This document shows, one piece after another, positions 22,003 through 34,427 of a DNA stretch of 64,000 nt (position 1 is the stretch's first letter; every line of letters begins with the position of its first letter). The stretch is from Chrysomallon squamiferum (lineage: Eukaryota > Animalia > Mollusca). A model generated the notes under the pieces. That model made no database searches. It was not told the DNA's origin and saw only the letters and a program-made list of their open reading frames with translations. The stretch is from positions 25,916,001-25,980,000 of the forward strand of contig CM022679.1 in NCBI GenBank assembly GCA_012295275.1, given 5' to 3'. The position numbers were made by a program, and so were the translations under genes.

Positions 22003-24316
22003 TTCATCTTTAATAATTTAAAATAAAATTCAGTATGATTATGTTATAGTTCGCATAATATTAATAATGAAGATAAAATTTTGAAATCATTATTAATCTC
22101 ATGTCTTTAGTGACCATAACAGTAGTCATGAGTTTGTCTTTCTCTGTAACTATGGCGACTACCTTAATAGTCACAATGTGTGAATTAGCACAGAATCTCT
22201 GGGGTAGCACTAATTTTCACTTGTTCAGTACTAAATGTCTGATACCATACTTCGAATTTTTATTAATTAACAACAGTAATCACCTTGGTAGTGAAAACCT
22301 TAATTATAATAAAGTTAGTTTCTTCCAAACTGATTCACTTGTGTGGAACTACTTTAAAAAAAATAAAAATTGTAAATCTTTTTTAATATTTATATTTAAA
22401 ATTTCATAACAGCAGACCATCTTTGAATAACGTTTCATTTGTACAACATTAAACAAAACCATTTTATTATTATGTTATTAAACTTTCAATTTAAAAATAT
22501 TCAGTACTGCCATAAAGCGATCTGAATAACATTTCAGTAAACATTACAAAACATATGCAAGACACATTACCGAAATAAGATATATATGCATCTAATACAC
22601 TCTCTAAAAAGCTTTTTGAACTGTTTACCTAATGCTTCGTTTGAGGTTTTTTATGATAACCGTTGGTGAAAATCTGTCAAAGTGATCTTCACCATACATC
22701 GCTCGCGCCATGCTCGAGACGTCTTCAATACCTCGCTCTGACTCGTGTGCGAAGTGATCGTGTATTTTATACACACCAGCCAGACCTTCAAGCAAGACAA
22801 AATTGAAAAATATTTTAAAATAACATTTTTAATATGAATATTATGAACAGAAATAAAACACAAGTTAACGTAAATTCAAGTCTTTACGAAAATGAAACAA
22901 AACTGAATATTTGAGAATTTGGACTGAATTTCACACCAGTAATTTTGAATTCAATTCATTACAGATTTCAGTTTAAATATTTTAAATAAAACATTACAGG
23001 AAAAAATATTTTTATTTTGTTTTTCTTATTTTTGTTAATACTTTAATGTTGATGTAATTTCCTTCCTGATTTTGTTATTTTTATATGTAATTATTAATCT
23101 GTGCCTCATCAGAAATGGTGACTCTAGAATTATGGAAAAAAATTTCAGGTAAACTGGGGGGATTTACCAATAAAAGCCTTCACGGATTTGCACAGATCAA
23201 CAAGTGTTGGATGACGTTCAATATCTTTGGGTTTCACAGTTACGACAGAATCATCATCATCACCGGTGTCCTCTTCATCCTCCTCCTCCTCCTCACCGCC
23301 ATGGTGATCCTCGCTTTCAGCAGTTTCGACAACTTCAGATTTAGATGCGTGTTTTTCTTTATCGCCGTTCTCCTTATCACTGTCCGCGACAGTTTTTTCA
23401 AACGAAGCATCTAAATTCGCAGACACGCTTTGTTGCTCTGTCTGTTCATTCAGAACTTCGAAAACACTCGCAGTGTTGTTGGCCTCATTGTGGCTCTCAC
23501 CACCGTTGTCCCCAACAACCGCGAACGAGTCTGACGATTCAGAGCTCTCGGCCTTTTCATTAGTGCCGTTGTAATGTCTGTCGTCAAACTGGAGTTGTCT
23601 GCCCCTTTGGTGGCTCTCTGTTTGTCTGACGCGCTCGTCGTGCAGCAACTCAAGAATGGCCATGGCTGAAAGGTGGGCGCCAGCTGAATGACCCATCAGA
23701 ATTATCTTATCCTAGAACATGCACATTTAAAAATAATAAAAATAATTCATATAAAGAATTTAACTCTCAGTAAATAAAATAGAATCAAAAGACACTTTTG
23801 AGAATTATTTGCTGCTTGGTCAAGAACGTTAACTGAAATAATCTCTTTATGTTACTTCAAACTTAGGTCTTGAAGGCAATTGATTTTTAATACATATTCA
23901 ACAATTTTTTTTTATATGTTTTGATGACAAAATAAAATAGTAAATATTTAAAAATGTATTTTTTTTTCCATCTGTGACACATGAAATTGCAGCATTTTCA
24001 AGCTGAAAGGTAGTGCAAATTAAGCTCTTGAGTATAAAATGTGTCAAAGAAGCTGAAAAGCTGATACTAAAAATTGTGAAGGGTATAAAAAAAAATAAAC
24101 TACAATGTCTTGGAAAAAAGAAAACATTATTGTTATAAAATATAATGAAGACTACAAACCTTATCTCCTCCATAAGACTCAATGTGTTCATACGTCCAGC
24201 TAATACAATCAACAATATCCTGAATCATGTCGTCAACGTAACCCTGAACAAACAAATACACAATTTGATATCAATGATAACAGTAGAAATTTTATTCATG
24301 TTTTTTTTTAGAAATG

Positions 24317-24350
<34 letters not shown>

Positions 24351-25373
24351 ATGCCCAAAACACATATTAATCACTTGGAATATTACAAATGTAACTAAAT
24401 ATTTTCTTAATTTATATTAGCAATATATTATTGATTATGAAATAATTAGATGAGAGTTTCTTCTCCATTTTAAAAGATTCCTAATAAAAATCAGATATAC
24501 ATACCAATGAAGTCATAATTATCAAAATAAAATTACTTTACGTCTTTTCCTTACTTAAAAATAATATATTCTGATTACTTACAGTAGCTCTTTAGAGAGA
24601 AACGCAGCAAAGAGCATACTTCTTAATTATGTGTTTATCGTAGTACATTAACACTGTTTTGTGCAAGTTTAAATGATTACATTTAAAAGATAACCTGAGG
24701 ATAAAGAGAATAGTTAGGACAGCAGACAATTGCTCCAAGTCGCAGAGAAATCTGACTGCACAGAAGACAGTACATGCTCTTGTCCCCTGAGCCCCATGCT
24801 CCACCGTACATAAAAATAACAACTGGTTTTAGATGCGATGACAAACCCAGCTCGGTACTGTATATATCCATTGTGCGATCATTTCTACCATATGGAACAT
24901 CCTGAAAATTTTTAAAAAAAATAAATAAAAAGTAATAATTGGTAATTGTCTTTTGAAAGCAAGAAGTCAGATGAAGAAACATTTTGGATTCTTCTATGTT
25001 ATTATTTTCTCAGAATATTAAACATTAATTAATATCAAAGTGTATTAACTGTATTTAAGTTTATCCTTTTTGTCCTTAACATCACACCTAATGACTTCTT
25101 CATTTTAAAACTTACCTTGAGAAGCTCAGACCTTCGTGAGTTATTGTAGAAATACTTCCATCTCCAGTAAAGATAACAAAACCTCAATAAAGTGAGTTTC
25201 TGTATCAACGTGTAATTCAGAGCAAATACTTTTTTAGGATGGAATGCTCTTCTGTACTTGTGTCGAACCTGTGGCCATCCGTACAACACATTGCAGAGCA
25301 AGGCAACAGTGTAAGGTACAGCTACTGCAGTGGATGCCAGTAAAGCTAAACCTTTAACTATGCTGCCCACCAT
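21633..25373 (-). CDS. Alpha/beta-hydrolase, isoprenylcysteine alpha-carbonyl methylesterase (ICME/ICMEL)-like, about 491 aa
   Basis: Exons 25373-25116, 24901-24695, 24243-24160, 23711-23168, 22785-22629, 21858-21633 are all GT-AG and phase-consistent (1476 nt). Motifs: DVPYG, VVIFMYGGAWGSG (oxyanion hole), GGDKDKIILMGHSAGAHL (nucleophile Ser), LIHGTEDYIVP (Asp), GCDH (His). Hydrophobic N-terminus. Confidence 0.88.
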
Positions 25374-25995
25374 GGCTTCTGCAACAACAATAATAATTTA
25401 TCATTAATAATCACTGAAGTTTTTCACAACCACACACAATTTTCTCAAACATGATAAAATGAATAAATAACATTCACAGAATTATATATATATATATATA
25501 AAATAATAACAACAAAGCAGTTATGTATTTTACCGTTCATTTAATGTTTAGTTCCTTGTGAGAAATATTTAAAAATGTGGCCATTGATCAATGATGAGTA
25601 ATACACATTTTGTTGTTTCTATCTATAAAATACTTTGAAAAATTGCTACTTTTATTTTGTTTATTTTTGTTGTTACTCGCAGTTATTGTACTTGCTGATG
25701 TTTACTGTAAGTTAATTACAAAAATAATATTTATTTGTTACATTACGTGTAAGTTGCACGCGTACACATCATTTTTCGTTTTTAACCCGGAATTTGGTAA
25801 CTTGAGCCAGCTCATGATAACTAAAACAAATATTTCAAATAAGGATAATCCTAGGTTACTGAAAACTAACTTGTTCTTCTTAAAGTTGTTAATATCAATT
25901 TTGTTTTTCGATTTTCCATGTTCGTGAAATGCTAAAAGTAAAAGGGACGAAATAACTGGGTGCAAATTGAGTTAGGGGCAAAACGTCAAATATTC

Positions 25996-26300
25996 TCACG
26001 TTCGATGTCGTAAGGTAGTCCGTTATTAGTGCAAAAAATAACAAAGAGGGCAATTAATAGTCACAATTGTATATCAAACAACTTACACGTCCGAAGTACG
26101 AAAATAAATTCAATTAAATAATTGCATCAAGATTTATAAATTAACTCCTGATATCTTTCGTGCACGCAGACATTTTTATTTTTCTGATTGTAGTAAACGC
26201 TAAATCGTACCACAATTTTGAGAGATCCACTTATATTTAAGCGGATTTAAATATTAGGTCTATGAATTCAAAAATTATTTTATTGACTTTATTTTTTTAT
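25996..26300 (+). repeat. Dispersed ~300-bp direct repeat, copy 1
   Basis: Collinear with 34144-34427; shared blocks include CGTTCGATGT, TTAGTGCAAAA, AAACAACTTACACGT, TTTCTGATTG, GAGATCCACTTA, GGTCTATG.ATTCAAAAATT. Confidence 0.85.
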
Positions 26301-26347
26301 AATAAAGAAAAGGACAGCTTGTACTTGTTTAGGAAAAATTAAATGAT

Positions 26348-26597
26348 TTACAGTTAAAACGCAGAATCATAAATCATTTAAACACTTCTTTTAAATCTAC
26401 ATTACATTTGCTATTAAACTATAAATGTATATACATAAATGAAGAATCATAATTCATTTTAATGATTCTTTTATGTCTACATTACATTTGATATTACAGT
26501 ACAAATGTTTATTTAAACTTTTATACTGTAATATCAAATGTAATACAGGTATAAAAGAAGCGTTAAAATGATTTATGATTCTACGTTTTAACTGTAA
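26348..26597. repeat. Foldback/palindromic element (MITE-like hairpin) with internal duplication
   Basis: The left arm TTACAGTTAAAACGCAGAATCATAAATCATTT..CTTCTTTTA..ATTACATTTG is the reverse complement of the right arm ending ..AAATGATTTATGATTCTACGTTTTAACTGTAA. The block TCTACATTACATTTG occurs twice on the left side. Confidence 0.75.
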
Positions 26598-27885
26598 GTC
26601 TTTTAATATATATTATATGCACACACACACACACACACAGACACACAGACATTTTACTCTTACTGTGTATACTACAGATACTATGTCGACTTTTATTGAA
26701 GCAGTAAGATATTTTGTTAATGCATCCAATAAAGGAGAAAAACACATTTATAAAATAAAATTCATGACTGAATAATAAATATATTCTGTATTTATAATTT
26801 ATTTCTAAAACTATTTTCAAATAAATACATTTTGAGATGATTATTATTATTATTATTATTATTATTCCTTGATCTTGAAGTTGGTATTGCCAATTAGTTT
26901 ATAATCTTACAATATTAGACTGATTTCTGAAACTACTTTAGTAAGTTATTATTGATAAAATATAGCAAATGACTTATTAATCCATGTTTATACTGAATAT
27001 GACACTGACCATAATTAGCACAGTATCTTGTTGTTTTAAAGAATAATTGTATTTAAAGTGGACATAGCATTGTACCTATAAACAGTCTAATAATATTTTA
27101 TAGACAGTACTTTGTTTTTGGTGAGCTTTTGGGGAGCCCTATATGTGACAACGACATAATGGCGCTCAGGATTATTTTAGAAGTATGCAGGCTATAATTA
27201 GCTTATTTCTTCATCTCTCAACTTGAACACTTTAACAGGCAGGGAGACAGGCATTCAGACACACACACACACACACACATTATAGAAATTACTTGATGTT
27301 GTAAAGCCACTTTTCTCAATTTTAGAACAAAAATTAACAACAAAATTCCGAGGTTTCATATTTTTATTTATTTATTAAATCTGTTTAAATAGATATGCAC
27401 AAGAAACGACATGGTGGACTTTTTGTATGAGCAATAACAGTCTGTGCTGCCAATTTTCAATGACAAATATTCAGCCCTTATTCGTCAAAAAGATTATAAA
27501 CTTTTCTGAAATAGCATTTTACAAAAATAAATAAATAAAATGAAGTAAAATAGAATAAATATATATGATTTTTAAAAAAATATATATATATATATAAAAA
27601 ACTAAGAAATGCAAATAAAACTTCGAAATGGAACAAAACACATAAGACTCAGTCTTTTCAGGTTTTTTGCTCCAAAACGATTCTTTCACTCTTAAATTGA
27701 ACACGCGAAAATAAAAATCAAGTTACGATAAAATTATAGTTAGAATTAGTATTTGTGTTCTATATTAGTATCAACGTGGAAGCCATGTTAAGACATTAAT
27801 ATAGTAGACTCTGGAAGATCAGGCAACTGCACTCTCTCGACTTGCAATATTGAAGGAATGATCCTCTTTTGTTTCGCTGTAAGAA

Positions 27886-28106
27886 CTATTTCACTGAATA
27901 TGCAACAGGAACAGTTTCTCCTCTCTCTCTCAGTTCCTTCAAGTAACAAAATGGGTTGACATCCTGTAAATAAAACAGTCAGTAAATTTACATTACAAAA
28001 TTTTAAATGAGACAATAAAAATGTTGAATAGTAATAATAATAATTTAAAAAAAAAAAAAAAAAAAATAAAAAATTTTTATTAATAATAATAATAATAATA
28101 ATAATA

Positions 28107-28142
<36 letters not shown>

Positions 28143-28198
28143 AAACAAACAAAATACACACAAACCATACCTTACTTGTTCTTTGTTTTCATAATAAC

Positions 28199-28290
<92 letters not shown>

Positions 28291-28498
28291 ATTTTCAGTA
28301 ACTGCAAATTTCTCCAAACTGCAGCATCCCTCAAAACAAACATAAAAACCCAGGAATACACACACACAGAAAGAGAAGAAAGTGTGAAATATACCAGTGG
28401 ATCGATGAAGCGGAAGCTGTTGTTGAATCTTGATGTTTTGAGAATGGCGGCCAGAACTGGGTCAACTGTAAGAGGTTCGCCAGTCTAATAAAAAAACA

Positions 28499-28529
<31 letters not shown>

Positions 28530-28542
28530 AGTAGTATATATA

Positions 28543-28592
<50 letters not shown>

Positions 28593-29308
28593 CATACATG
28601 TGTGTATGTTTAGAGGTTGCTGTATATGTGTGTGTTTTTTTTTTTTTTCAAAAGAATTATTACAATTATAGTCATCATCATCACTGGTATTTTTCTATTT
28701 CTTCTTTTTATCATCATCATTATTATTATTATTATTATTAAGAACACTAAGTCTTTATCGATATTTTTACTATATACTATCAAAATACGTGAAATAAATG
28801 TCATATCTCATTCTATTCACTATTAATTAAGTACGCCCATTGTTAAATGTGCGTTCTTATCAGATAAAAATTATTTTAATTTTCCATTCAGGATGCACCC
28901 TATATGTTAAAATGGCAGAACTCTAAACAAAATATTCACATTACGATTATAAAGATTTATTTTTTACTAACTTTGAATTTGTTATTAACATCAAAAGGCC
29001 ATTCGTTTTCAAATCCTTTGATGTCACCTTTGTAAACGACAGACGTCATGTTTTCTTTGATGTTGGGTAACTTAAACATTCTGTACGTGATAGAAACAAA
29101 CTGTGCATCGCCTGCAATAATGATAAATAAATCGTCAAAAGTTAACAGTATCTTTATCTTTCTTTGTAATTATAATTCTTGTTTGTGTTATACAATAATC
29201 ATTATCATTATAATTATCGAAGTCGTTGTCGTTTTTATTATGACAAGCCACAAGAGAAAACCCTTTTTTCTTCTTTAAATTTTTTATATATATATAAAAT
29301 TTGTTTTA

Positions 29309-29355
<47 letters not shown>

Positions 29356-30035
29356 TGTATATATGTGTATATATATATATATATATATAGAAAATGTGTA
29401 TATATGTGTGTCTATGTATATAAATGACACACTCAGTATATTTTTAATCTACGATTTCGTCATAGCATAATTACTGTTCATACTTCATTATTAGTAAAGA
29501 GTGGTTGTTTATCTTAGGCTAATGTTTCAACAACGTCGACGATGTATTTTGTTCTTAATTACTTGTTGTCAAATATACATCAAGAACCATTTAGCTAATA
29601 TTTCACAGACCAAAAAAACAAAATCAAAAACTCTCATAGCAAGGCTCTTGATAAATCAGCACAGGAGTTAGAACGGGAAACAGCCGTTAGGTGAACTGAA
29701 GAGAATTGATTACCACTCTCTAACCATTTTATTGAGTTAAACTCGTGCAACACAAACGTTTGAAATCATGGTTATGCTGCAAAAACTGAATAACGTAGGT
29801 GCCAGAGCTAAGAAACAAACCAAGAAGATCTCTGTATTTTGGGCAGATGACTTCAACTGTTGAAATTTCTACAAGTCTTGGACTGCAGAAACCAACTTCA
29901 GCAGCGAGATCGTAAAGAGTTTTCCAGTAGAGAGCACCAGCAATGCAAAACCTGCGCGTAAAACAAAACATTTTAAGTAACAAATAATTCATTAAAAGAA
30001 TTTTAAAACATAGAAATATGCAAATGGGTAAATGA

Positions 30036-30095
<60 letters not shown>

Positions 30096-30158
30096 TAATA
30101 ATAATAATAATAAAATGATAATAATAAATAAAAAAGATAGAAAAAAAAAAAAAATTTG

Positions 30159-30193
<35 letters not shown>

Positions 30194-30730
30194 TTATGTA
30201 TATTAGTTTAAATCTAGATAATCTAAATAAAAGCCTTTTTTTGCAAAAACAAAAAAAAACAAATAAACAAACAAAGAAAAAAAAAAGGATATGTGAGAAA
30301 ATTAGTTATGTTTTAGAATGCTTTCAAATTCCTATGTACTTCAAGTCCGTTTGAAATTAAGCTTCATGAAACATTTATGAACTGTCTGCTTATATTCACA
30401 TACATTTGCTAAAAAATAAATCTGTATATCACACGTCTTTATTTCACTAAAATAAAGAAAACAGAACTCGAAAAGTAATCGCCTGCTACTATTTGCTAAA
30501 ACGTTGCTAAAATTCTCTAAAATCAGAATTATTCGTTGTGTTTTAATTTTATATAAATTACCCCAAAGAAAATCGTTGCTCCTGATGTCGGCTGAGAGAT
30601 CTTTGCTGCAGTAGACGTCACTAAAGTACAGCTCCCCACCATACTTAAAATAAAAGTTTTAATATTAAAATTGAATAGGGAACTAACAGTTAGGTATTTG
30701 TACTTATCATGTTCTGCTTTTCTGTGTAAT

Positions 30731-30813
<83 letters not shown>

Positions 30814-31212
30814 GACATACACAAACACACAGGCACACAGACACATGCACATTAAAATTTAGAGTCTATTGAAGTATGTGACATTTTACACAGTATAAAA
30901 GAAATACCTTCAGAACACGAAAAGCTTCCTTCAGGACTTTCTTTTTGTCAGACGTCAAATTAATGACACCGTTTGATCTGAGATTCAACAAAACAAAACT
31001 CACAATAATTATATCATTACCTAAATATTGTGTTTGATTAACAACATTGATGAAAACTCAGAATGTCTTAACTATTTCCGTAGACATTATGAATAGCAGC
31101 ATTAGTTGCAAAACGAAAATTTAGAAATGAATGCAGCTCATAAATTTATTTATTCGACATTTTTATATACATGTTTATTTCCCAATTCTTTTTATTATTT
31201 ATTTCTATATTT

Positions 31213-31265
<53 letters not shown>

Positions 31266-33265
31266 ATGTATGTATGTATGTATGTATGTATGTATGGATG
31301 TATTGATTAATTTATTTATTTATTCCTTTGTTCATTTTAGTTGGATTTTAGTTATATTATTAGTAATAAGGTATATGTACAAAGTATACTGTTTCTAATT
31401 CTGAAAATGTATCTGTGGCCCATTTTCTAAACGTAAACATTGTTTACATGATAATGTCAAAAGTGTTGTCTTTAATTCCAAGTTCATCCAGCTTCTCGAT
31501 GTATCCGACTTTGAACTCCACATTCGGTTCACTCATTTCAAATTTTTCCATGTGATATTTGATATACTTATTGGCAACATCAACCTAAAAAAAACAAAAA
31601 CAACAAAAAACAACAAAAAATAAAAAACAAAAAAAAACCCAAAAACACACACTCGCACACAATAAATAAATAAATAAATAAATATAATAAAAAAGATAAA
31701 CAGCATATATATGTACACGCACACATAGAGAAAGACACAAACATCATGTCTCTCTTATTATAAAGTTCTTTTCATTTTTAAATAATGAATATATATATAT
31801 GATATTGAAAAATTTATTTTCATTTAATTTATTATAATTGGGTACACTATTTATTATAATATAATTGGGTACACATTATTTTAGTATAATTGGGTACATA
31901 ATTTATTTTATTATAACTGATTACACCATTTATTTTATTATAATTGTGTACATTATTTATTTTATTATAATATACAACTGGGTTTGTTTTATTATATTTG
32001 AGTACAAATTTGTTTTATTATAATTGGGTACACAGGATTTTATTTTATTATATTGCTTTATGTTTTATTATAATTGGGTACACAATTTGTTTTATTATAG
32101 TTGGATACACAGTTTATTTCTTATTATTTATTTTAACACAATTTATTTTATTATAACTGGTTACATAATTTATTTTATTATTGGTTACATAATTTGACGA
32201 ATCACTGATGGAACACTATCAGAAACCTTGATTTTTATTTTTTTGTTGTTTTTTTTTTTTCAATACGAAGGCTCTTTTCTTTATTTAGACTATACAATAC
32301 ATGTTTTAAACTAATAGCATGTTTTTGTTTTGTTTTATTGTTGTTGTTTCTTTTAGATTTTTAACATTTTTTTACATATTAATTTTTTAACTGACCAGCT
32401 CCTCTGTCATGTCGACTCCAGTCAGGTGACCGTTCTGGCCAATCAGCTTGCTCAAAATGTAAGAATCTCTGCCAGCGCCACTTCCAAAGTCAAGGACGTT
32501 CATTCCCTCCACCTTCTCTGGCACTACAAGACCACATCCGTAAAATCTGTGACAATATGACGAATTGAATCAACATTTATGTATTTAGGATCACTATTTC
32601 TTTTATGTTCATTCACAAATTTATATTCATTCACAAATTTACTATAGGTGGCAATATATACTTATATATATATATAAGAATAAACAAAAAAATTATCAAA
32701 AAAGAACAAACAAATTTTGCATGTCAGTATGCTCTGTGATTGCGATCTTCCTTAATTTTTCAGACATTCATTGTTTTACGTTTTTATTAGAAATAAATTA
32801 TATATAGTCTAACACTTGTTACAATATTCATTTAAATCTTTATTTATTTAAGAATCGTTATTTAAGTCAAACTATCAAAACAGCGTAAAATCAGCCGCGA
32901 GTCTTAGCAGATAATAAAATATGAACAGTTATTATGCACTCTCTCTCTCTCTTTCTCTTTGCGTATTTACCTGCACGCACGCACGCACACACAAACAATA
33001 CCACATAACTAGTTAATTCTTTGCACTACCAGCCGCTCTAACTTTAAACTGTATTGTTCATAGAATAACACAACAAACAAATAAACAAAACCCTTTTAAT
33101 TTCTTCTTACCGTTTTTTGACTTCGTCATGTATTACAGACAGAGCGTCTTTAATATCAGACAGAAGGTTGTTGCTGTATTTGACGTCCACAAAACCACAC
33201 GATGTCTGTGACCACTTTGTGTACGTATCCTTGACTTTGTCTTCTTGGCGTTTTGAGCACGACAT
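27886..33265 (-). CDS. AS3MT: Arsenite methyltransferase (AS3MT/ArsM)-like, atypical: Cys156-equivalent replaced by Gly and a 1-nt frameshift at the exon 5/6 junction (possible pseudogene or assembly error)
   Basis: Exons 33265-33111 (ACCACCATG start), 32546-32396 (FYGCGLVVP..VLDFGSGAGRD..GVDMT, SAM-binding motif I), 31584-31448 (GYIEKL..FDII), 30977-30908 (SNGVINL..EAFRVLK), 30643-30562 (GGELYFSDVY..LW), 29951-29821 (CIAGALYW..GFCSPRLV), 29111-28972 (FVSITYRMFKLP), 28484-28395, 27963-27886 (DVNPF..TAG). The exon 8 donor is less certain. Confidence 0.88.
31832..32192. repeat. ~25-35-bp minisatellite (TTATAATTGGGTACAC core) in AS3MT-like intron 2
   Basis: About a dozen degenerate copies of TTATAATTGGGTACACA(N)TTTATTTTA. 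Confidence 0.85.
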
Positions 33266-33288
33266 GGTGGTGAAAGATTGATCTGTTT

Positions 33289-33339
<51 letters not shown>

Positions 33340-33409
33340 GTGTGATGGTGGTGTAGGTGTGTCGGGTAAAAAAGTACTTGGTCACCAATGTTTCTCAACA
33401 CCGGTCTGA

Positions 33410-33442
33410 GCCAATCAGAAAGCACCATTGACGTCACGTGAC
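33410..33442. promoter_or_regulatory. Putative AS3MT-like promoter: CCAAT box plus overlapping CRE and extended E-box
   Basis: GCCAATCAG (33410-33418), palindromic TGACGTCA (33429-33436) overlapping GTCACGTGAC (33433-33442), about 150 bp upstream of the ATG in a CpG-enriched patch. Confidence 0.55.
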
Positions 33443-34143
33443 CTGAGCGCTGGCTTTCCGTCCGCAACGGGAATAAAAAATTTCGCAAACGCAGAATCAT
33501 CGTTCGGAACCATAACATTTATTGAAACTAATCACAATAGCAGTTAATAGGCATATCTATAAGTGTAATACACTTTTATTGATAGACTTATCCAATTTTG
33601 CTGTGGCCATTGGAAAGTTTTCTAATTCTTTTGACAACAATTTTTAAAACCTTTCCTTCATCAATATTCATAAATCGAAAGCCAGGTCGTAGGAAGATTT
33701 ATATACTACGTCATCAAACTAAGTTTACTTAAAGATATTTTTTTCCAAATCGACGGCCACGCCCACTGGCCTATCAGAAAGCGTGCCTGTCGTAGACGTG
33801 CTTTACAACAGCTCGCTCTGATTAGCACGTTCAACTGTTTTCCAGTTCCAATTGGACCGACAGAAGGGATTTTTTGCTGACGCACGCTGTGCACTCTGGC
33901 CACCACCCAGCAAGGATCGCGGAGAACGAAATGGGTTATTTTCACAAACCTAAATGTTGAGATGACAATGATGATAATTTTAGTAATAATAATGATAATG
34001 CATTTTTCTTAGACATGGATAAAACGAATAAACAACAATCATAAAGTTTACTTCACCAAAAAAAAAAAAAAGCAAAGAAAAAAAAAATATGGGTCCAAAG
34101 TCGGTCAGGCCTTTGGCCTTGGGTACGGAAAGGTCACGTATTG

Positions 34144-34427
34144 TCGCGTTCGATGTAGTACGGTAGTCTATTGTTAGTGCAAAACATAACAAGGAGGACA
34201 GTTAATAATAACAGTTGTACATGAAACAACTTACACGTACGAAGCAAGAAAATAAAATCAACCAAGTAATTGTATCAAGGTTTATAAAACTTTTTCTGGT
34301 TGTTTTTTTTCTGATTGCAGTAAACGTTAATTCTTACGAAAGTTTTGCGAGATCCACTTACATTTAAGTAGATTTAATGTTTTGGTCTATGGATTCAAAA
34401 ATTCTTTTATTATCTTTATTTTTTATA
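34144..34427 (+). repeat. Dispersed ~300-bp direct repeat, copy 2
   Basis: Same orientation and block order as 25996-26300, with scattered substitutions and one internal deletion. Confidence 0.85.

Noticed and set aside
28171-28331. Possible extra AS3MT-like exon (GCCSLEKF.. and YYENKEQV) between exons 8 and 9
   Set aside because: Interrupted by a long (CT)n(AT)n microsatellite with no convincing acceptor-donor pair; exons 8 and 9 already join in phase.
33266-33388. In-frame upstream extension of AS3MT-like with poly-Leu
   Set aside because: Non-ATG start and an (ATT)n microsatellite; the ATG at 33265 has a good Kozak-like context.
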